A DNA stretch of 64,000 nt from an uncultured Planctomycetota bacterium (GCA_963845755.1 CAWJTV010000037.1:82969-146968); one strand, 5' to 3'. Positions 35,558-46,591 are shown, counted from the first letter of the stretch. Made by a program: numbers and translations. The notes: generated from the letters alone by a model not told the origin.

Positions 35558-37732
35558 ATGACCACAATGCGGAAAGGCTTCGGAATCCTGCTCGCAGTCC
35601 CCTTGACGTTGCTGTTCGCCGGGCGAGTGGACGCAGCGCACGGTGGCGGTGGTCATGGTGGTGGAGGCCATGGTGGCGGCGGGGGACATATGGGCGGCGG
35701 GGGACATATGGGCGGCGGGTTCCATGGCGGCGGTGCGCACTTCGGTGGTGGATTCGCCGGTGGTGGATTCCGTGGTGGGGCAGTCCATGCGCCCTCGATG
35801 GGGATGGGTCGGATGCCCTCGATGGGAATGGGGCGTGCGCCTTCGATGGGAATGGGTCGGATGCCCTCGATGGGAATGGGGCGTGCGCCATCGATGGGGA
35901 TGGGTCGGATGCCCTCGGTGGGAATGTCTCGCGGTATGGGCACGAGTGCTGCCATGCGGCCGGGTTCGATCGGATCAATGGGCGCGATGGGTCGGAACTC
36001 GTACGGGATCGGCGGTCGTTCGATCGGCTCGATGGCCGGTATGGGCCGTGGCTCTTATGGTGTCGGTGGTCGTGCGCCGATTAACTCTGCGGGGAACCTG
36101 GCGGCGCACAACCCGTATGCTCTGGGAGGTCGTGCACCGATCAACTCGGGAACGCGCATGGGTGCCATGGCCGGCCTCGGGCGCGGAGGAATTACCAATC
36201 GCGCCGGAGTCGGCGTCAATTCCACCTCAATCAATCGCGCGGGTTTTTCCAATCGATCGATCGCAGTCAATCGGGCCAGCAACACGGTTAATTCGTTCAA
36301 TAACGGCCGCAACACGTTCGTCGGCGGCAATTCGTTCGGGGGCATCAATCAAGGTTGGCTTCACGGACGCTGGGGCGGTTATGGCAACGGTGGTTTTGGC
36401 CGCGGATATGGTTACGGCGGTTATGGTTACGGCCGCGGGTTCGGTTACGGCGGCTACGGCCTCGGTGGGCTGGGATATGGGGGGTTGGGTCTCGGACTGG
36501 GTTACGGCCTGGGTCTGGGACTCGGCTTTGGGCTTGGCTACGGTGGCCTCGGTCTCGGTTACGGGCTCTTCGGGCTCGGTGGCTATGGGATGGGTGGCTA
36601 TGGTGGCTATGGTGGGTACGGTGGCTATGGTGGCTATGGTGGGTACGGCGGCTATGGTGGGTACGGTGGCTATGGTGGGTACGGTGGCTATGGTGGGTAC
36701 GGTGGCTATGGCCTGAACTCCTGGATGTACGGACCGTCGATTTACGACTGGGGCTATTCGAGCTATCTCAACCCCTATGCCTACAATAACTATGTGCCAA
36801 CGTCGTACTTGGTGGGCCAGACTGCGGCCTATGACTACACCCAGCCGATCAACAGTCTCGCCGCACCCCCGGATCCCGGGGTGACCAGCCAGGCCGTCGC
36901 GAGCTTCGACGCAGCACGAGCGGCCTTCAAGTCGGGTGATTATTCGCGTGCATTGGATCTGACCGACCAGGCGATCCGCCAGATGCCCAACGATGCGGCA
37001 CTTCACGAATTCCGGGCTCTGGTCCTCTTCGCCCTCCAACGCTACGACGATTCGGCGTCGGCACTTTATGCCGTATTGACGGCCGGACCGGGCTGGGATT
37101 GGGCCACACTCTCGGGACTTTATCCTAATGTCTCGGTGTACACCCAGCAGCTACGTGCACTGGAGAGCTTCTGCGGACAGAATGCCAACTCGGCATCGGG
37201 CCGGTTCGTGCTCGCTTACCACTACTTGACCCAGGGGCATACACTCGCGGCCCTCCAGATGTTGAAGCAGGTCGCCGCACTGCAACCGCAGGATAATCTC
37301 TCGAGGCAGTTGACGCAGCAGATCGATCCGGGGTCGGCAAACGGCCCCGCGGCGCCGTCAGCCGGATCCTCCGCCCCATTGTCTCCACCGCCATCGCCGC
37401 AGCCGGGAACGTCAGTCCTGGCACCGACTGCTCTCGCGGCGGGCAAGGAGGGTCGGCTGGAAGGAACCTGGACGGCTCAACCCGACCAGAATACGACGAT
37501 AACGGTCACATTCCCGGACGCCGGACATTTCACCTGGTCGGTCACGCATCAGGGCCAGAGCCGGCAACTCCAGGGGAAGTTGACCTATGGAAACGGCATC
37601 CTGACGCTGGCCCAGGATCAGGGCCCCGCCATGGTGGGAAACATGACCTGGAGCGATGAGACGCATTTCCAGTTCAAGCTGCCGGGCGCCGGTCCGGGAG
37701 ACCCGGGACTATCCTTCTCGAAGTCAAACTGA
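35558..37732 (+). CDS. Secreted Gly/Tyr-rich low-complexity protein with TPR domain and C-terminal beta domain
   Basis: GGAGGAGG RBS and signal peptide; Gly-rich, PSMGMGR and GGY repeats; TPR-like FDAARAAFKSGDY...HEFRALVLFAL...FVLAYHYL. Confidence 0.85.
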   Translation: MTTMRKGFGILLAVPLTLLFAGRVDAAHGGGGHGGGGHGGGGGHMGGGGHMGGGFHGGGAHFGGGFAGGGFRGGAVHAPSMGMGRMPSMGMGRAPSMGMGRMPSMGMGRAPSMGMGRMPSVGMSRGMGTSAAMRPGSIGSMGAMGRNSYGIGGRSIGSMAGMGRGSYGVGGRAPINSAGNLAAHNPYALGGRAPINSGTRMGAMAGLGRGGITNRAGVGVNSTSINRAGFSNRSIAVNRASNTVNSFNNGRNTFVGGNSFGGINQGWLHGRWGGYGNGGFGRGYGYGGYGYGRGFGYGGYGLGGLGYGGLGLGLGYGLGLGLGFGLGYGGLGLGYGLFGLGGYGMGGYGGYGGYGGYGGYGGYGGYGGYGGYGGYGGYGGYGGYGLNSWMYGPSIYDWGYSSYLNPYAYNNYVPTSYLVGQTAAYDYTQPINSLAAPPDPGVTSQAVASFDAARAAFKSGDYSRALDLTDQAIRQMPNDAALHEFRALVLFALQRYDDSASALYAVLTAGPGWDWATLSGLYPNVSVYTQQLRALESFCGQNANSASGRFVLAYHYLTQGHTLAALQMLKQVAALQPQDNLSRQLTQQIDPGSANGPAAPSAGSSAPLSPPPSPQPGTSVLAPTALAAGKEGRLEGTWTAQPDQNTTITVTFPDAGHFTWSVTHQGQSRQLQGKLTYGNGILTLAQDQGPAMVGNMTWSDETHFQFKLPGAGPGDPGLSFSKSN
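35791..35934 (+). repeat. 24-bp coding tandem repeat x6 (PSMGMGR[M/A]), alternating in a 48-bp unit
   Basis: gccctcgatggggatgggtcggat / gccctcgatgggaatggggcgtgc ... Confidence 0.9.
36593..36709 (+). repeat. 9-bp coding repeat, (GGY)13
   Basis: Tandem ggtggctat/ggtgggtac units. Confidence 0.9.
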
Positions 37733-37740
37733 CCTGGGTT

Positions 37741-40662
37741 TCACGGAAGAGACCGCGCGTAGCGAAGATCGACCCGCAGCCTCGACAGCTGGGGTGCCGA
37801 GGCGGCCAGCCGGCCGTCGAGATACACGTCGAGACCCTTGCGGCCGTCGCCGTAACGATCGGGCGAGCCGGCGATTGGCGCGTCCCAGACGACGGCGACA
37901 TCGTGACCGTGATACTTTAGCCCATCGAGGAGGAAGAAGCTCAGGGCGTCGTCTGGCACCAGGGGATCGACTTCGAGCTGGTCATCGTCGCGCGGGACCA
38001 CTCCGATCAGTTCGGGGATCAGGATATCCAGCCAGGTCGAATGGTTGTAGTCCCTCTCGGCCGTCTTCCACTGACCGTTGTCGCCGTTGTAGAACTCCCC
38101 GGTCCAGGGTTGTTCGATGTCCTGGTTACGGTACTGCGCCTTGGTGAAGGAAAGGAACAACGCCCAGAGGTGCGCCGGCTTGAGCGGCGAGTCGCTGATA
38201 TTCCGGTCCCGAGTGGCCCGGAGCGTCCGTGCCATGGCCGACATGACCAGTGAGTTGGCATGCGGCCAGGTCGGTCCGTTCCACATACAGCCCGCGGCTC
38301 GGCCGTCGCCCGGCCAGTTCGACTGTGAGTACGCCTGGCACTGCCTCGACGCTGACGCAACCGGCCAGCGAGTCCAGAATTGCTCGGGGTCGAGGATCGA
38401 GGCCCATGCGGACTCATACCCGCTCCCCCACGGGATCATCCCGAAGTAGAAGGGATAGATGCCGATCACTTCCTTGACGTCGGCCACTTCATCGTTGTCG
38501 GCCCGCAGCGAGTAGAAGAAATGCTTCTCCGCACGCCACATCTTGGCCGTCACCGCCGCGGCGATCCTGGTCGCGAGGACCTCGAATTCCTCGGCCTTAC
38601 CGGGTTGACCGAGCAACCGGTAGATCCGACCCACCGCGACGGCGTTGCCGTAATTGTACGACGTCAGATCCACTCGTTCGAGATCGACCGGTCGGGCAGG
38701 CTGAGAGAAGTCCTTGGAGGTCTTGTAGTTCGAGAAAGCGAAAAACGATGGCTGATATTCCATGCCGGTCCACCAGTGCGAGTTGACTCGCAGCAGGCCA
38801 TCAGCGTCGGGATCATAGACCTTCTGCCAGCCGCGGACGTTTGCCGCCAGCTTCTCGACGATGTCCGCCAGGAACGCCTTATCGGGCTGGACGAGGTGCC
38901 CATCCCAGGCCGTCGAAGTGATCCAGTCGGTATACTGGCCGTCGGACGGCCCGCGGGAGGTTACGTGGCTCGGATACACGCCGTCCGGTTTCGCATTCTC
39001 GGCCCAGGTGCGGAGGTGACCCTCCCAGTACTTCGGGTCGCGCAGCCAGCGGGCCTCTCGGATCTGGTGACCGGCTCCGTAGCTGATCACGTTGGGATAC
39101 CAGGTGCTCCGCCATCGGCCTTCGCTCTGGGTTGGCCACAGCATCCGGCCCAGTTTCGGATCGAGCATGTTCTTTCGCAGGACGTAAGCGCGATGGGCGT
39201 ACATCTTGCGGACCCACGGATCAGAGCAGTCGAAATACGGAACATTCTCATCGAACCAGGCGCGATATGCCCGGACCTGTGCCGCGACGAGATCGCGGTT
39301 GTCCTGGTCCTCGGGTCTGATGATCGCGTTGTGGATGGCGGGAGCCGCGAGGACCAAATCCAACTTCGATGGCTCGTTCGCGGGCCGAAGTTCGAGCGCG
39401 GACTTGAAGACCTTGGTCCGACCGGGGCCGATGTGGTGGCCATAGAGCTTGAAGAGGTCGGAAGAATCATCCAGCACGGGCTTCGAGAAGCCGTCGAAAG
39501 GGGTATTGCGGGCGGCTCGGACGAAGCCGGCCTTCAAAGTGCGCGGGGGATCGTCCAGCACCGTGTAACGGAATCGGAAATCGACGGCGACTCCGTGCAG
39601 CTCCTGGCGGCCTTCGAGGGTCAGGGCTCGCGGCTCGCGACCGGAGACCTCATTGCCATCAAGCGGCACAAATCCCGAGACGCTGCCGATCGACTCATGG
39701 GCGAACGTCGTTCGGGGATGGATCATCGGGTCGAAGTAGATGGTCTGGACCTTGTCAGTCGGATTGTGGACTCGGATGACGGAGACCAACACATCATCAG
39801 CCGTGATGAATTTATCCGCGATGAATCGGAGCGGGCTGGCGGGAGGATTCGAGGCTTGCTGTGTCTCGAAGAGCGGCCTCAAGCCATAGATTCCGGTATA
39901 AAACCGGTCACCGGCATGCTGAAACCACAGGAGGAATCGCCGGGATCGAACGGGCTCAAATCGAATGCGGTTCTCCCCGGCCTTGGGCTGGTCGGGAAAG
40001 ACCTTCGTGGGCTTGACGGGTGGGAACTGGCCGAGCTTGGCGTCAGGTCCACTCGGCCGGCGATCGCCGTAGAACACGCCGAAGGATTCAGGCGGACGAC
40101 ACTGTCCGGTCGGGGCGTCATCGAAGAAAAACACGTCGAATCCCGAAAGAGTCCGCGGTGTCGCGAACTCGATCATGTACCAATCCTGCCGCCGGCCGCT
40201 CGACCAGCACGTCCATCGCTTGTGCGGGTCGAAGGGCTCGGTCAACGGGTTCTCGACCTTGTCCAGCGCGAACGTGAACGAGGCCGAGGCGGTCATCGCT
40301 TTCCTCAACACGCCTTCGGAGTGGATGTGGCTGGGATAATACGTCAACCGCGCCGGGACGAGCAGGCTGTGCTCGTCGCGGATCTCGATGTCGTACGCGT
40401 TGAGGTTCGTCAGGTACAGCCAGTGTATATCGTCGCGAAAGGCCCAACCCTGGGGACTCGAGGCCCAGACGCGATCCCCCGTGCATCCCATCGGGACGTC
40501 GCGATCGTAAGGACGAGCGAGTATGTCGTCAATCGCGTGCCGACTCGTGGGAAACACGCGGCCGATAGGCGAATCTCTGGGCGTCTCGGCACGCACCGAT
40601 CCGAGCTGGCCCTGGCCGATCAGGACCGACAGACACAAGCCCATAATTCGAACGGTGGTCAT
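37741..40662 (-). CDS. Secreted six-hairpin glycoside hydrolase (GH63/MGH1-like) with inserted F5/8 (discoidin)-like module
   Basis: Signal peptide; RWTCWSS...WYMIEF...FEPV discoidin-like segment; EARWLRD, WWTGMEYQPS, WNGPTWPHANS, GEFYNGD, DYNHS. Confidence 0.8.
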   Translation of the reverse strand: MTTVRIMGLCLSVLIGQGQLGSVRAETPRDSPIGRVFPTSRHAIDDILARPYDRDVPMGCTGDRVWASSPQGWAFRDDIHWLYLTNLNAYDIEIRDEHSLLVPARLTYYPSHIHSEGVLRKAMTASASFTFALDKVENPLTEPFDPHKRWTCWSSGRRQDWYMIEFATPRTLSGFDVFFFDDAPTGQCRPPESFGVFYGDRRPSGPDAKLGQFPPVKPTKVFPDQPKAGENRIRFEPVRSRRFLLWFQHAGDRFYTGIYGLRPLFETQQASNPPASPLRFIADKFITADDVLVSVIRVHNPTDKVQTIYFDPMIHPRTTFAHESIGSVSGFVPLDGNEVSGREPRALTLEGRQELHGVAVDFRFRYTVLDDPPRTLKAGFVRAARNTPFDGFSKPVLDDSSDLFKLYGHHIGPGRTKVFKSALELRPANEPSKLDLVLAAPAIHNAIIRPEDQDNRDLVAAQVRAYRAWFDENVPYFDCSDPWVRKMYAHRAYVLRKNMLDPKLGRMLWPTQSEGRWRSTWYPNVISYGAGHQIREARWLRDPKYWEGHLRTWAENAKPDGVYPSHVTSRGPSDGQYTDWITSTAWDGHLVQPDKAFLADIVEKLAANVRGWQKVYDPDADGLLRVNSHWWTGMEYQPSFFAFSNYKTSKDFSQPARPVDLERVDLTSYNYGNAVAVGRIYRLLGQPGKAEEFEVLATRIAAAVTAKMWRAEKHFFYSLRADNDEVADVKEVIGIYPFYFGMIPWGSGYESAWASILDPEQFWTRWPVASASRQCQAYSQSNWPGDGRAAGCMWNGPTWPHANSLVMSAMARTLRATRDRNISDSPLKPAHLWALFLSFTKAQYRNQDIEQPWTGEFYNGDNGQWKTAERDYNHSTWLDILIPELIGVVPRDDDQLEVDPLVPDDALSFFLLDGLKYHGHDVAVVWDAPIAGSPDRYGDGRKGLDVYLDGRLAASAPQLSRLRVDLRYARSLP

Positions 40663-41192
40663 TCGTGATGGGTCCTGACCTGGGACAGTAGGTCCCGTTG
40701 CGGCTCGTCCCCGTTGAGATGTCAACCAGGACTGGTGATCTCTGATCAACCACCGACGACTCATCGATCTTCATCAGAGATCAAACGATCCCGGCGCGGA
40801 ATCCCCCCCGGGAACGTGCGCCTGGACAGCACCGCGGTTGCACAATGACGCGAATACCCGGAGTCGAACTGGTTCGAAACTCTGGGATCTTTAGGATACG
40901 AGCGCAGAGCATGAGGAGCGAACCGGGACGATGCGGCGTGCTCGACGATGACCGGCGAGTCGAATCGGGTCTGCGCTACGGGCGAGTTACTTCTTGCGAT
41001 GACGGATGCGGCTGCGCATTCGGCGCTTCTTACGCCCTACCTTGCGACGTCCTTTGCCTCGTCGACGACTGGCCATGCGTTCTCCTCTGGGATCTCGGGA
41101 AGGCGGAATCTGGAGCACCTTCAATCCGCTCCCGGCCCGGCAGCCGGGAGAATCAACGAAACGCTGATTCTATACGGAGATCGCCCCGCTCC

Positions 41193-41988
41193 TCAAGGCC
41201 GACGTGCCGGCGAGGACTCGGCTTGCTCCCCCTCCGACCCCCGCAACATCTCTCGAAACCGGCGGGGCGAGCCGGCGTAAGCCAGGAGTTCGAACCCGTT
41301 GCGCCAGTGCCAGAGCATGCTCGAGTCGTTCCCGAGGATGAACGAGCTGACGAGCTGGGTGTAGCCGATCTCAAGCAACCCTCGCGATGCGAGGGCCAGC
41401 AGGGCTGTGCCGATGCCGTAGCCGGCCTGTCGGGGACCGACGAAGATCCACGTCAAGTGGGCATGACCCAGCCGCTGTTCCACGCAGGCCGGCGGCGGCG
41501 GTGTCTTCCAGCGGAGACTCCAGAAATCGTCCAGGTCGACCGGAGGAATCAACGTGACCAGGATCGCACCGATGGGACGACCCTGAGCCTGACTCACGGC
41601 GACGTGGCAGGCGGGATGAATGATCGGTCCATCGCCACCATCCCGAGTGTGCTTCAAACAATCTCGCGATGCCTCGAGTCGTCGTCGATCGCTCAAGGCG
41701 GCGAACGGCTGGACCCGATGAAATGAGGCCGCGAAGATGTCGCGGAAGTCGGAGCCAGTCCTCATCCTCCAGCCGGCGAAGCGTCACAACCTCCTGGGCG
41801 TCGATTTCCGCGGGGGATTCGTTCCTGTCGGCTCGAAGGTCCAGCCGCGCGTTGTAGAACTTCGGACGCGGCGACAGACAAGCGGTCTTGTTAAAATACT
41901 CGTACTTATAGGCCGGATTGTGCGGCAAGCGGTGGAACTGTCTCCCGGTCAAGGGCAATTTGATGACAGAAAACCAGCGGTCGAGCAT
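41193..41988 (-). CDS. GNAT-family N-acetyltransferase (frameshift ~41750)
   Basis: HLTWIFVGPRQAGYGIGTALL acetyl-CoA motif; GNDSSMLWHWRNGF. Confidence 0.8.
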
Positions 41989-42366
41989 GGGCGATCCAGA
42001 TCGGGTTCTGAAAGCATTGACAAGGGGCCGGGACGCTCGGCACCGAAGATTCTATTGGACCAAGACTTACCGATCGCGGCCAGATGTCCTCGCCGCCCGA
42101 ACCAGGCGTAGGATCGACGGAGCCTCGCGAGAGTTCCATACTCGCTCAGGATCCGCATTTTCCAGATTCACTCAAGTTCGAGGCGAACCTAGCCGATGCG
42201 GATCAAGAGATCGTTTCAGAATCGCATCGCCGAGACTGACGAGATCGTATAGGATGACAGTGCGGCGGGCCGATGATTGGTGTTGTCAGGATGACGGCCG
42301 GACCAGGACGCCGGCGCGGGCCAGATGCGAGCGCGACCCTACCCTAGGACGGGGAGATCGGGACCG

Positions 42367-45357
42367 ATGACGCACCGCAAGGGAGCCGTCTGGACCGAGC
42401 GCTTACTGCTGATTCTCATCGTGGCGAGTTTGGCCGGGACATTCAATCTCGTCCTGACCATGCATCGCCGTTATGATTCCTCTGCGACTCCTGCGCCGGC
42501 CGAGATCTCCAATTCCGCCCCAGTTCCTTCGATCCCTCCTGTTCCCTCTGCCACCAAGGTTGCCGGGGCCTCCCAATCTTCGGCCAAGGGCACGTTACCT
42601 CCTCTCCCAGCGCCGTTGGCGCTGCCGGTGGAGGATCCCACGATCAAGGCTCTGGCCGGATTGGCTCGGTTGACCGAGAAGGAAGTCGATGCGGAGCAAG
42701 CGGCGGATCGTCGAACGGTGAAGCTGGAGACGGCAGCCAAGGCGGCGATCACGGAGTCCGCGCGCTGGAAGCGGCGCGAGGTCCTGGTCCGACAGCAGGT
42801 CGCCGCGCTCACCCAACGGGCCAAACAGATTGAGCAAGGCGACCTGGAATTGGAGGCGGAGCGGGACGTCCTCGCGCAAGAGCGGGACGCCTTGAAGGCG
42901 GCCCTCACCAAGGCGGGCCAGCATTCGGGGAATGCGGTCCTCCCCTACAAGGGGCCCAATGGTACCTGGCGGCGGCCGATCGTCATCGAGTGCACCGGCA
43001 ATGTTGCCGTGCTCCAGCCGCAGGGGAAAACCTTCTCGATGATCGAGCTCTCGCCTTTGATCCACCCGCGATCCAGTCCCGTGGTGCTGACAATTGCCCG
43101 GGAGATGATGCATATCCAGAATTCCGCCACGCCGGACGGGGCTCCGGCCGTGCCCTACCTGGTGTTCCTGGTGCGCCCGAACGGAATTCGTCCGTATTAC
43201 GAGTCGCGGGCGCGCTTGGAGCCGTTAGGGATCGCGTTCGGGTACGAGCTGATCGAGCAAGACCTGGTCGTGGAGGTCCCGGATTTCGATGATCTCACGA
43301 CGTGGGATGGGTCCGCACCGTTGGACAAGCCCGCTCTGGCCTCGGCGAACCGTAACACGCGTTCCAGTAAGTCCTTGACCGCGGCCAATGACGCATCGGG
43401 AACTCAACCCTCTCGAATGTCGGGAGTATGGCCGCCCGACGATTCCGCGAGATCCGGCTCCTCGACGCCGGGTGCCTGGCCGCCGAGCCCAGAAAACGGA
43501 GGTCCGGCGGGATCCGGCTTCGGTCTCGGTCAGGACCGGCTGGCTCAAGCTGATGGTCTGCCGGGTCGGCCGGCCGGGTCTGGTGCGGATTCCGGACCAC
43601 TTTCGGGAGAGCGTCTATCGACGGAGGTCGCTCTGGGAAGGTACTCCGCGCAGGGCAGTTCGCGTGGGAACGCCGGCCGCTCCCGTAGTGAGGATTCATC
43701 GCCCCAGGATTTCATCTGGCCCGGGAACTCGACGAATCCCGGTCCCGGGAATGGGGGTGGCCCGGCCGCCACAGGCGCGGGAACCGGAGCTGATCGCTTC
43801 GCGGGAGATCGCACCGGCTCAGGCCCGGGCTCATCACCTACCTACTCACCGCTGTCACCTGCACCGCACGCGAATGGAATGGGCAATGGCGGGGCGACCC
43901 TCGTCCCGCTGTCGTCCGCGACGGCCGGCCAGGCTGGTTCCGGGACGGAGATCGCTGGTAGGACCGCCGGGCGCTCCGGTCGGTCTCCTGGCACAGGATC
44001 CTCCGTGATGAATGCGGAGGGTCGAGGCGGATTCCAGCCCGGCACAGGCGGAGCTGGATCGGCCGTGAGTTCTTCGGGCTCGGCGCCCGGTTCCTCCTCG
44101 ACATCGGGGCTTGACAAGAACGGGTTCGGTCCTGGCGGCCCCGACCCTCTACCGGATCTGGAGCCCGCCCAAGATGGCTCGGTACCTGTACCTGCGACAG
44201 GCGGGCCGCTGTCGCGGTCGCCGTCCGCGTCGGGAGTCGCCAGTGAATCGTCCGGGACCGGCAAGAATCCATCCGGAACCGGTACGAACCCGACACGCGG
44301 CTCGGCCGCCTCGACGGGCGCCGGTGGTCAGGGAGGTCAACCGACGCCGGCTGACCCGAATTCCCCGGGTAGTAATTCACCCGCCTCGAGCGCCACGGGC
44401 TCGACCCCTGCGGATCCGGGCTTCCGAGCGTATCCGGCCGGAGGTGCTACTCCCGGAGGCATCGGACCCGGCTCGGGAACTGCGGGATCGCAACCGGGCG
44501 GCGGTTCCGGCTCGGGAAACCTCGACTCGAACACAACGGGTGGCCCTGATTCACCCTCCCAGGCGACCGGCACGCCGCCTTCATCCGCGGGATTCAGTAG
44601 CGATTCCTCAGCCTCGGGACGATCGGTTTCCTCGCCGCCCAGCGGGCTGAATGGGGCAACCAACGCGCCGCCGGAACAGGTCGGCTCGTCACCCTCCCTC
44701 TCGCAACCTTCGCAACCGTTGTGGGGCTCGACTCCCTCCGCGGATTCCATCGCGTCGACGGGCGGTTCGACGACTTCGAACCGCCTCCTGGGATCGATGA
44801 TTTCGGGTGTCGGCTCGGAGAGTTCGGACGGAAGCTCCAGCAGTTCGGCGGGAGGTCAGTCGGGGGGGGCAGGGACACCGGCGCCCGGCTCGGGGATGAG
44901 TCTGCCGAGCCTGGGTGCGAATCCGGATTCCGACTCCGATGCGATGAAGGAGTTCGTCCCGCCGATGATCTCGCCGCCGGACCGGCCGCCCGGAGCGATC
45001 GAGGTTCCGTTCGAGATCGTCGTCGTTTGTCGCCAGAACGACATCCTCCTGCATCCAGGCGGATATCGCCTCAGCGTGCAGGCGCTGCGAGCCGGGAGCG
45101 GTAAGGGGTCCAATCCAAAGAGCTTGCTGGAGCAGGACCTTCGCGCCCTTGCGCGACGCCGCGCGGAGCTCGACCCGCTGATCCGGCCGAAGCCGTCGGT
45201 CCGGTTCCTGGTGGAGAACGATGGGGGCAGGACATTCTGGATGGCCCGGCGCCAGTTGATGTTCTCCGGACTGAACTGGCCGATGTCGCTCCAGGTGGCG
45301 GGGCCCCAGAGCCCGCACGTTTTCAAAGAGGAAACGTGGGATGAACTCATGCGATAA
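42367..45357 (+). CDS. Membrane-anchored coiled-coil protein with two related globular domains separated by a long G/S/P linker
   Basis: N-terminal TM and coiled coil; PIVIECT...PYLVFLVRPNG and EIVVVCR...PSVRFLVENDG domains. Confidence 0.75.
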   Translation: MTHRKGAVWTERLLLILIVASLAGTFNLVLTMHRRYDSSATPAPAEISNSAPVPSIPPVPSATKVAGASQSSAKGTLPPLPAPLALPVEDPTIKALAGLARLTEKEVDAEQAADRRTVKLETAAKAAITESARWKRREVLVRQQVAALTQRAKQIEQGDLELEAERDVLAQERDALKAALTKAGQHSGNAVLPYKGPNGTWRRPIVIECTGNVAVLQPQGKTFSMIELSPLIHPRSSPVVLTIAREMMHIQNSATPDGAPAVPYLVFLVRPNGIRPYYESRARLEPLGIAFGYELIEQDLVVEVPDFDDLTTWDGSAPLDKPALASANRNTRSSKSLTAANDASGTQPSRMSGVWPPDDSARSGSSTPGAWPPSPENGGPAGSGFGLGQDRLAQADGLPGRPAGSGADSGPLSGERLSTEVALGRYSAQGSSRGNAGRSRSEDSSPQDFIWPGNSTNPGPGNGGGPAATGAGTGADRFAGDRTGSGPGSSPTYSPLSPAPHANGMGNGGATLVPLSSATAGQAGSGTEIAGRTAGRSGRSPGTGSSVMNAEGRGGFQPGTGGAGSAVSSSGSAPGSSSTSGLDKNGFGPGGPDPLPDLEPAQDGSVPVPATGGPLSRSPSASGVASESSGTGKNPSGTGTNPTRGSAASTGAGGQGGQPTPADPNSPGSNSPASSATGSTPADPGFRAYPAGGATPGGIGPGSGTAGSQPGGGSGSGNLDSNTTGGPDSPSQATGTPPSSAGFSSDSSASGRSVSSPPSGLNGATNAPPEQVGSSPSLSQPSQPLWGSTPSADSIASTGGSTTSNRLLGSMISGVGSESSDGSSSSSAGGQSGGAGTPAPGSGMSLPSLGANPDSDSDAMKEFVPPMISPPDRPPGAIEVPFEIVVVCRQNDILLHPGGYRLSVQALRAGSGKGSNPKSLLEQDLRALARRRAELDPLIRPKPSVRFLVENDGGRTFWMARRQLMFSGLNWPMSLQVAGPQSPHVFKEETWDELMR

Positions 45358-46573
45358 CGAGAGCGGGGCGAGGGCTTGCGACGCCGATGAAGCGTCGGCA
45401 GTCACTCTCCCAGGGGGGGGCCGGCGGGAAGTGCCGCGAGCCCCTCTCGCGGCCACTGGCGTGCGTCGGCGTGCCTTTGCACAGTTGGCGAGCGTGGTCG
45501 TCGCGATCCTGGCGATCACGGCCTACATCCACGTTGGTCCCAATCCTGGAGACCGCGGCTCCGCCCCGGCGCCTCCGCACGCCGAACCGCCATCCCCCAC
45601 GGCCGATGCACGCGCCGCTGATCTGGCGGGCGGAGCATCCGAATCCCCCGCTGGTGAGGCCCTCGCGGCGACCAAGTCCGTGGGAGGCGCGAGTGTCGCC
45701 GAGATTCCAGCCCCTCCCGCAACCACGCGGCCGCCTCAACTTGACAGGGCGAAGGTCGCCCTGGCCGAGTCGGCTCTGGATGCCGCGAGTCGCGATCGCG
45801 CACGGGCCGATGAACGGGTGGCCGATTCGGCCCGTAGTCTGGCACGGGCTGCCAACCAGGCTGCGCTCGACGCCCTCCGCGCGCGGAAGCTGGCTTTCCA
45901 GCTACGCGATCCCTCGACGAGGATCACTCAGGCTGTGTCTCGCGGCGGGTTCCTCCGAGGCGAGCGCGACAAGGTCGCCACCGAGGTGGCAACGCTTCGA
46001 AGCATACCCCGACCCAAGTCCAAGTCCATCCTCAGCAAGAGTCCCGTGGCCCGGCCCGCCGCGGACGAAGAGTTTCATTTCGAGCTCCGCCGCGACCGGA
46101 TCAGCTATATCGACCTCAACCAGCTACTCGAGAAGACCCGGGCCGATGCACAGATACGCATCCGGATGTCCGATCGGTTCGGGGCCGTCGGCTCCAAGGT
46201 CGGGCCCGTCGGTGCCTTCTCTCTGGTTTACGAGCTTGTTCCTTCGATCCCTTCGAATGTCGAACAGTTGATCGATCGCCGGACGATTCGGCGCTTCGAT
46301 CTCAAAGGCTGGGAGCTCGTCCCTGAGTCGGAGAATCGGGGTGAGTCCTTCGAGGTAACCCGGAACCCGATTTCGGAATTCTCGCGGGCCCTCAACCGGA
46401 TCAACCCCGAGCGCGCCACCATCACGCTCTGGGTCTATCCCGACAGTTTCACCCTGTATCGCCGCATTCGCAACGATCTGGTCGATCGCGGCTTTAGCGT
46501 CGCCGCACGCCCTCTGCCCCAGGGTCTTGCCATCCGCGGCAGCCCGATGGGAACGCAGTCGGCGGCGCAGTAG
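45341..46573 (+). CDS. Membrane-anchored coiled-coil protein, partner of the upstream gene
   Basis: Overlaps the upstream stop; TM, coiled coil, C-terminal TITLWVYPDSF...GFSVAARPLP. Confidence 0.75.
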   Translation: MNSCDNESGARACDADEASAVTLPGGGRREVPRAPLAATGVRRRAFAQLASVVVAILAITAYIHVGPNPGDRGSAPAPPHAEPPSPTADARAADLAGGASESPAGEALAATKSVGGASVAEIPAPPATTRPPQLDRAKVALAESALDAASRDRARADERVADSARSLARAANQAALDALRARKLAFQLRDPSTRITQAVSRGGFLRGERDKVATEVATLRSIPRPKSKSILSKSPVARPAADEEFHFELRRDRISYIDLNQLLEKTRADAQIRIRMSDRFGAVGSKVGPVGAFSLVYELVPSIPSNVEQLIDRRTIRRFDLKGWELVPESENRGESFEVTRNPISEFSRALNRINPERATITLWVYPDSFTLYRRIRNDLVDRGFSVAARPLPQGLAIRGSPMGTQSAAQ

Positions 46574-46591
46574 GTCTGCCCGGGAAGTCCC

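Noticed and set aside
38380..40668. Long antisense ORFs (also 4378-5997, 10153-11730, 27960-29201, 52346-53512)
   Set aside because: Shadow frames of well-supported opposite-strand genes in high-GC DNA; no motifs.
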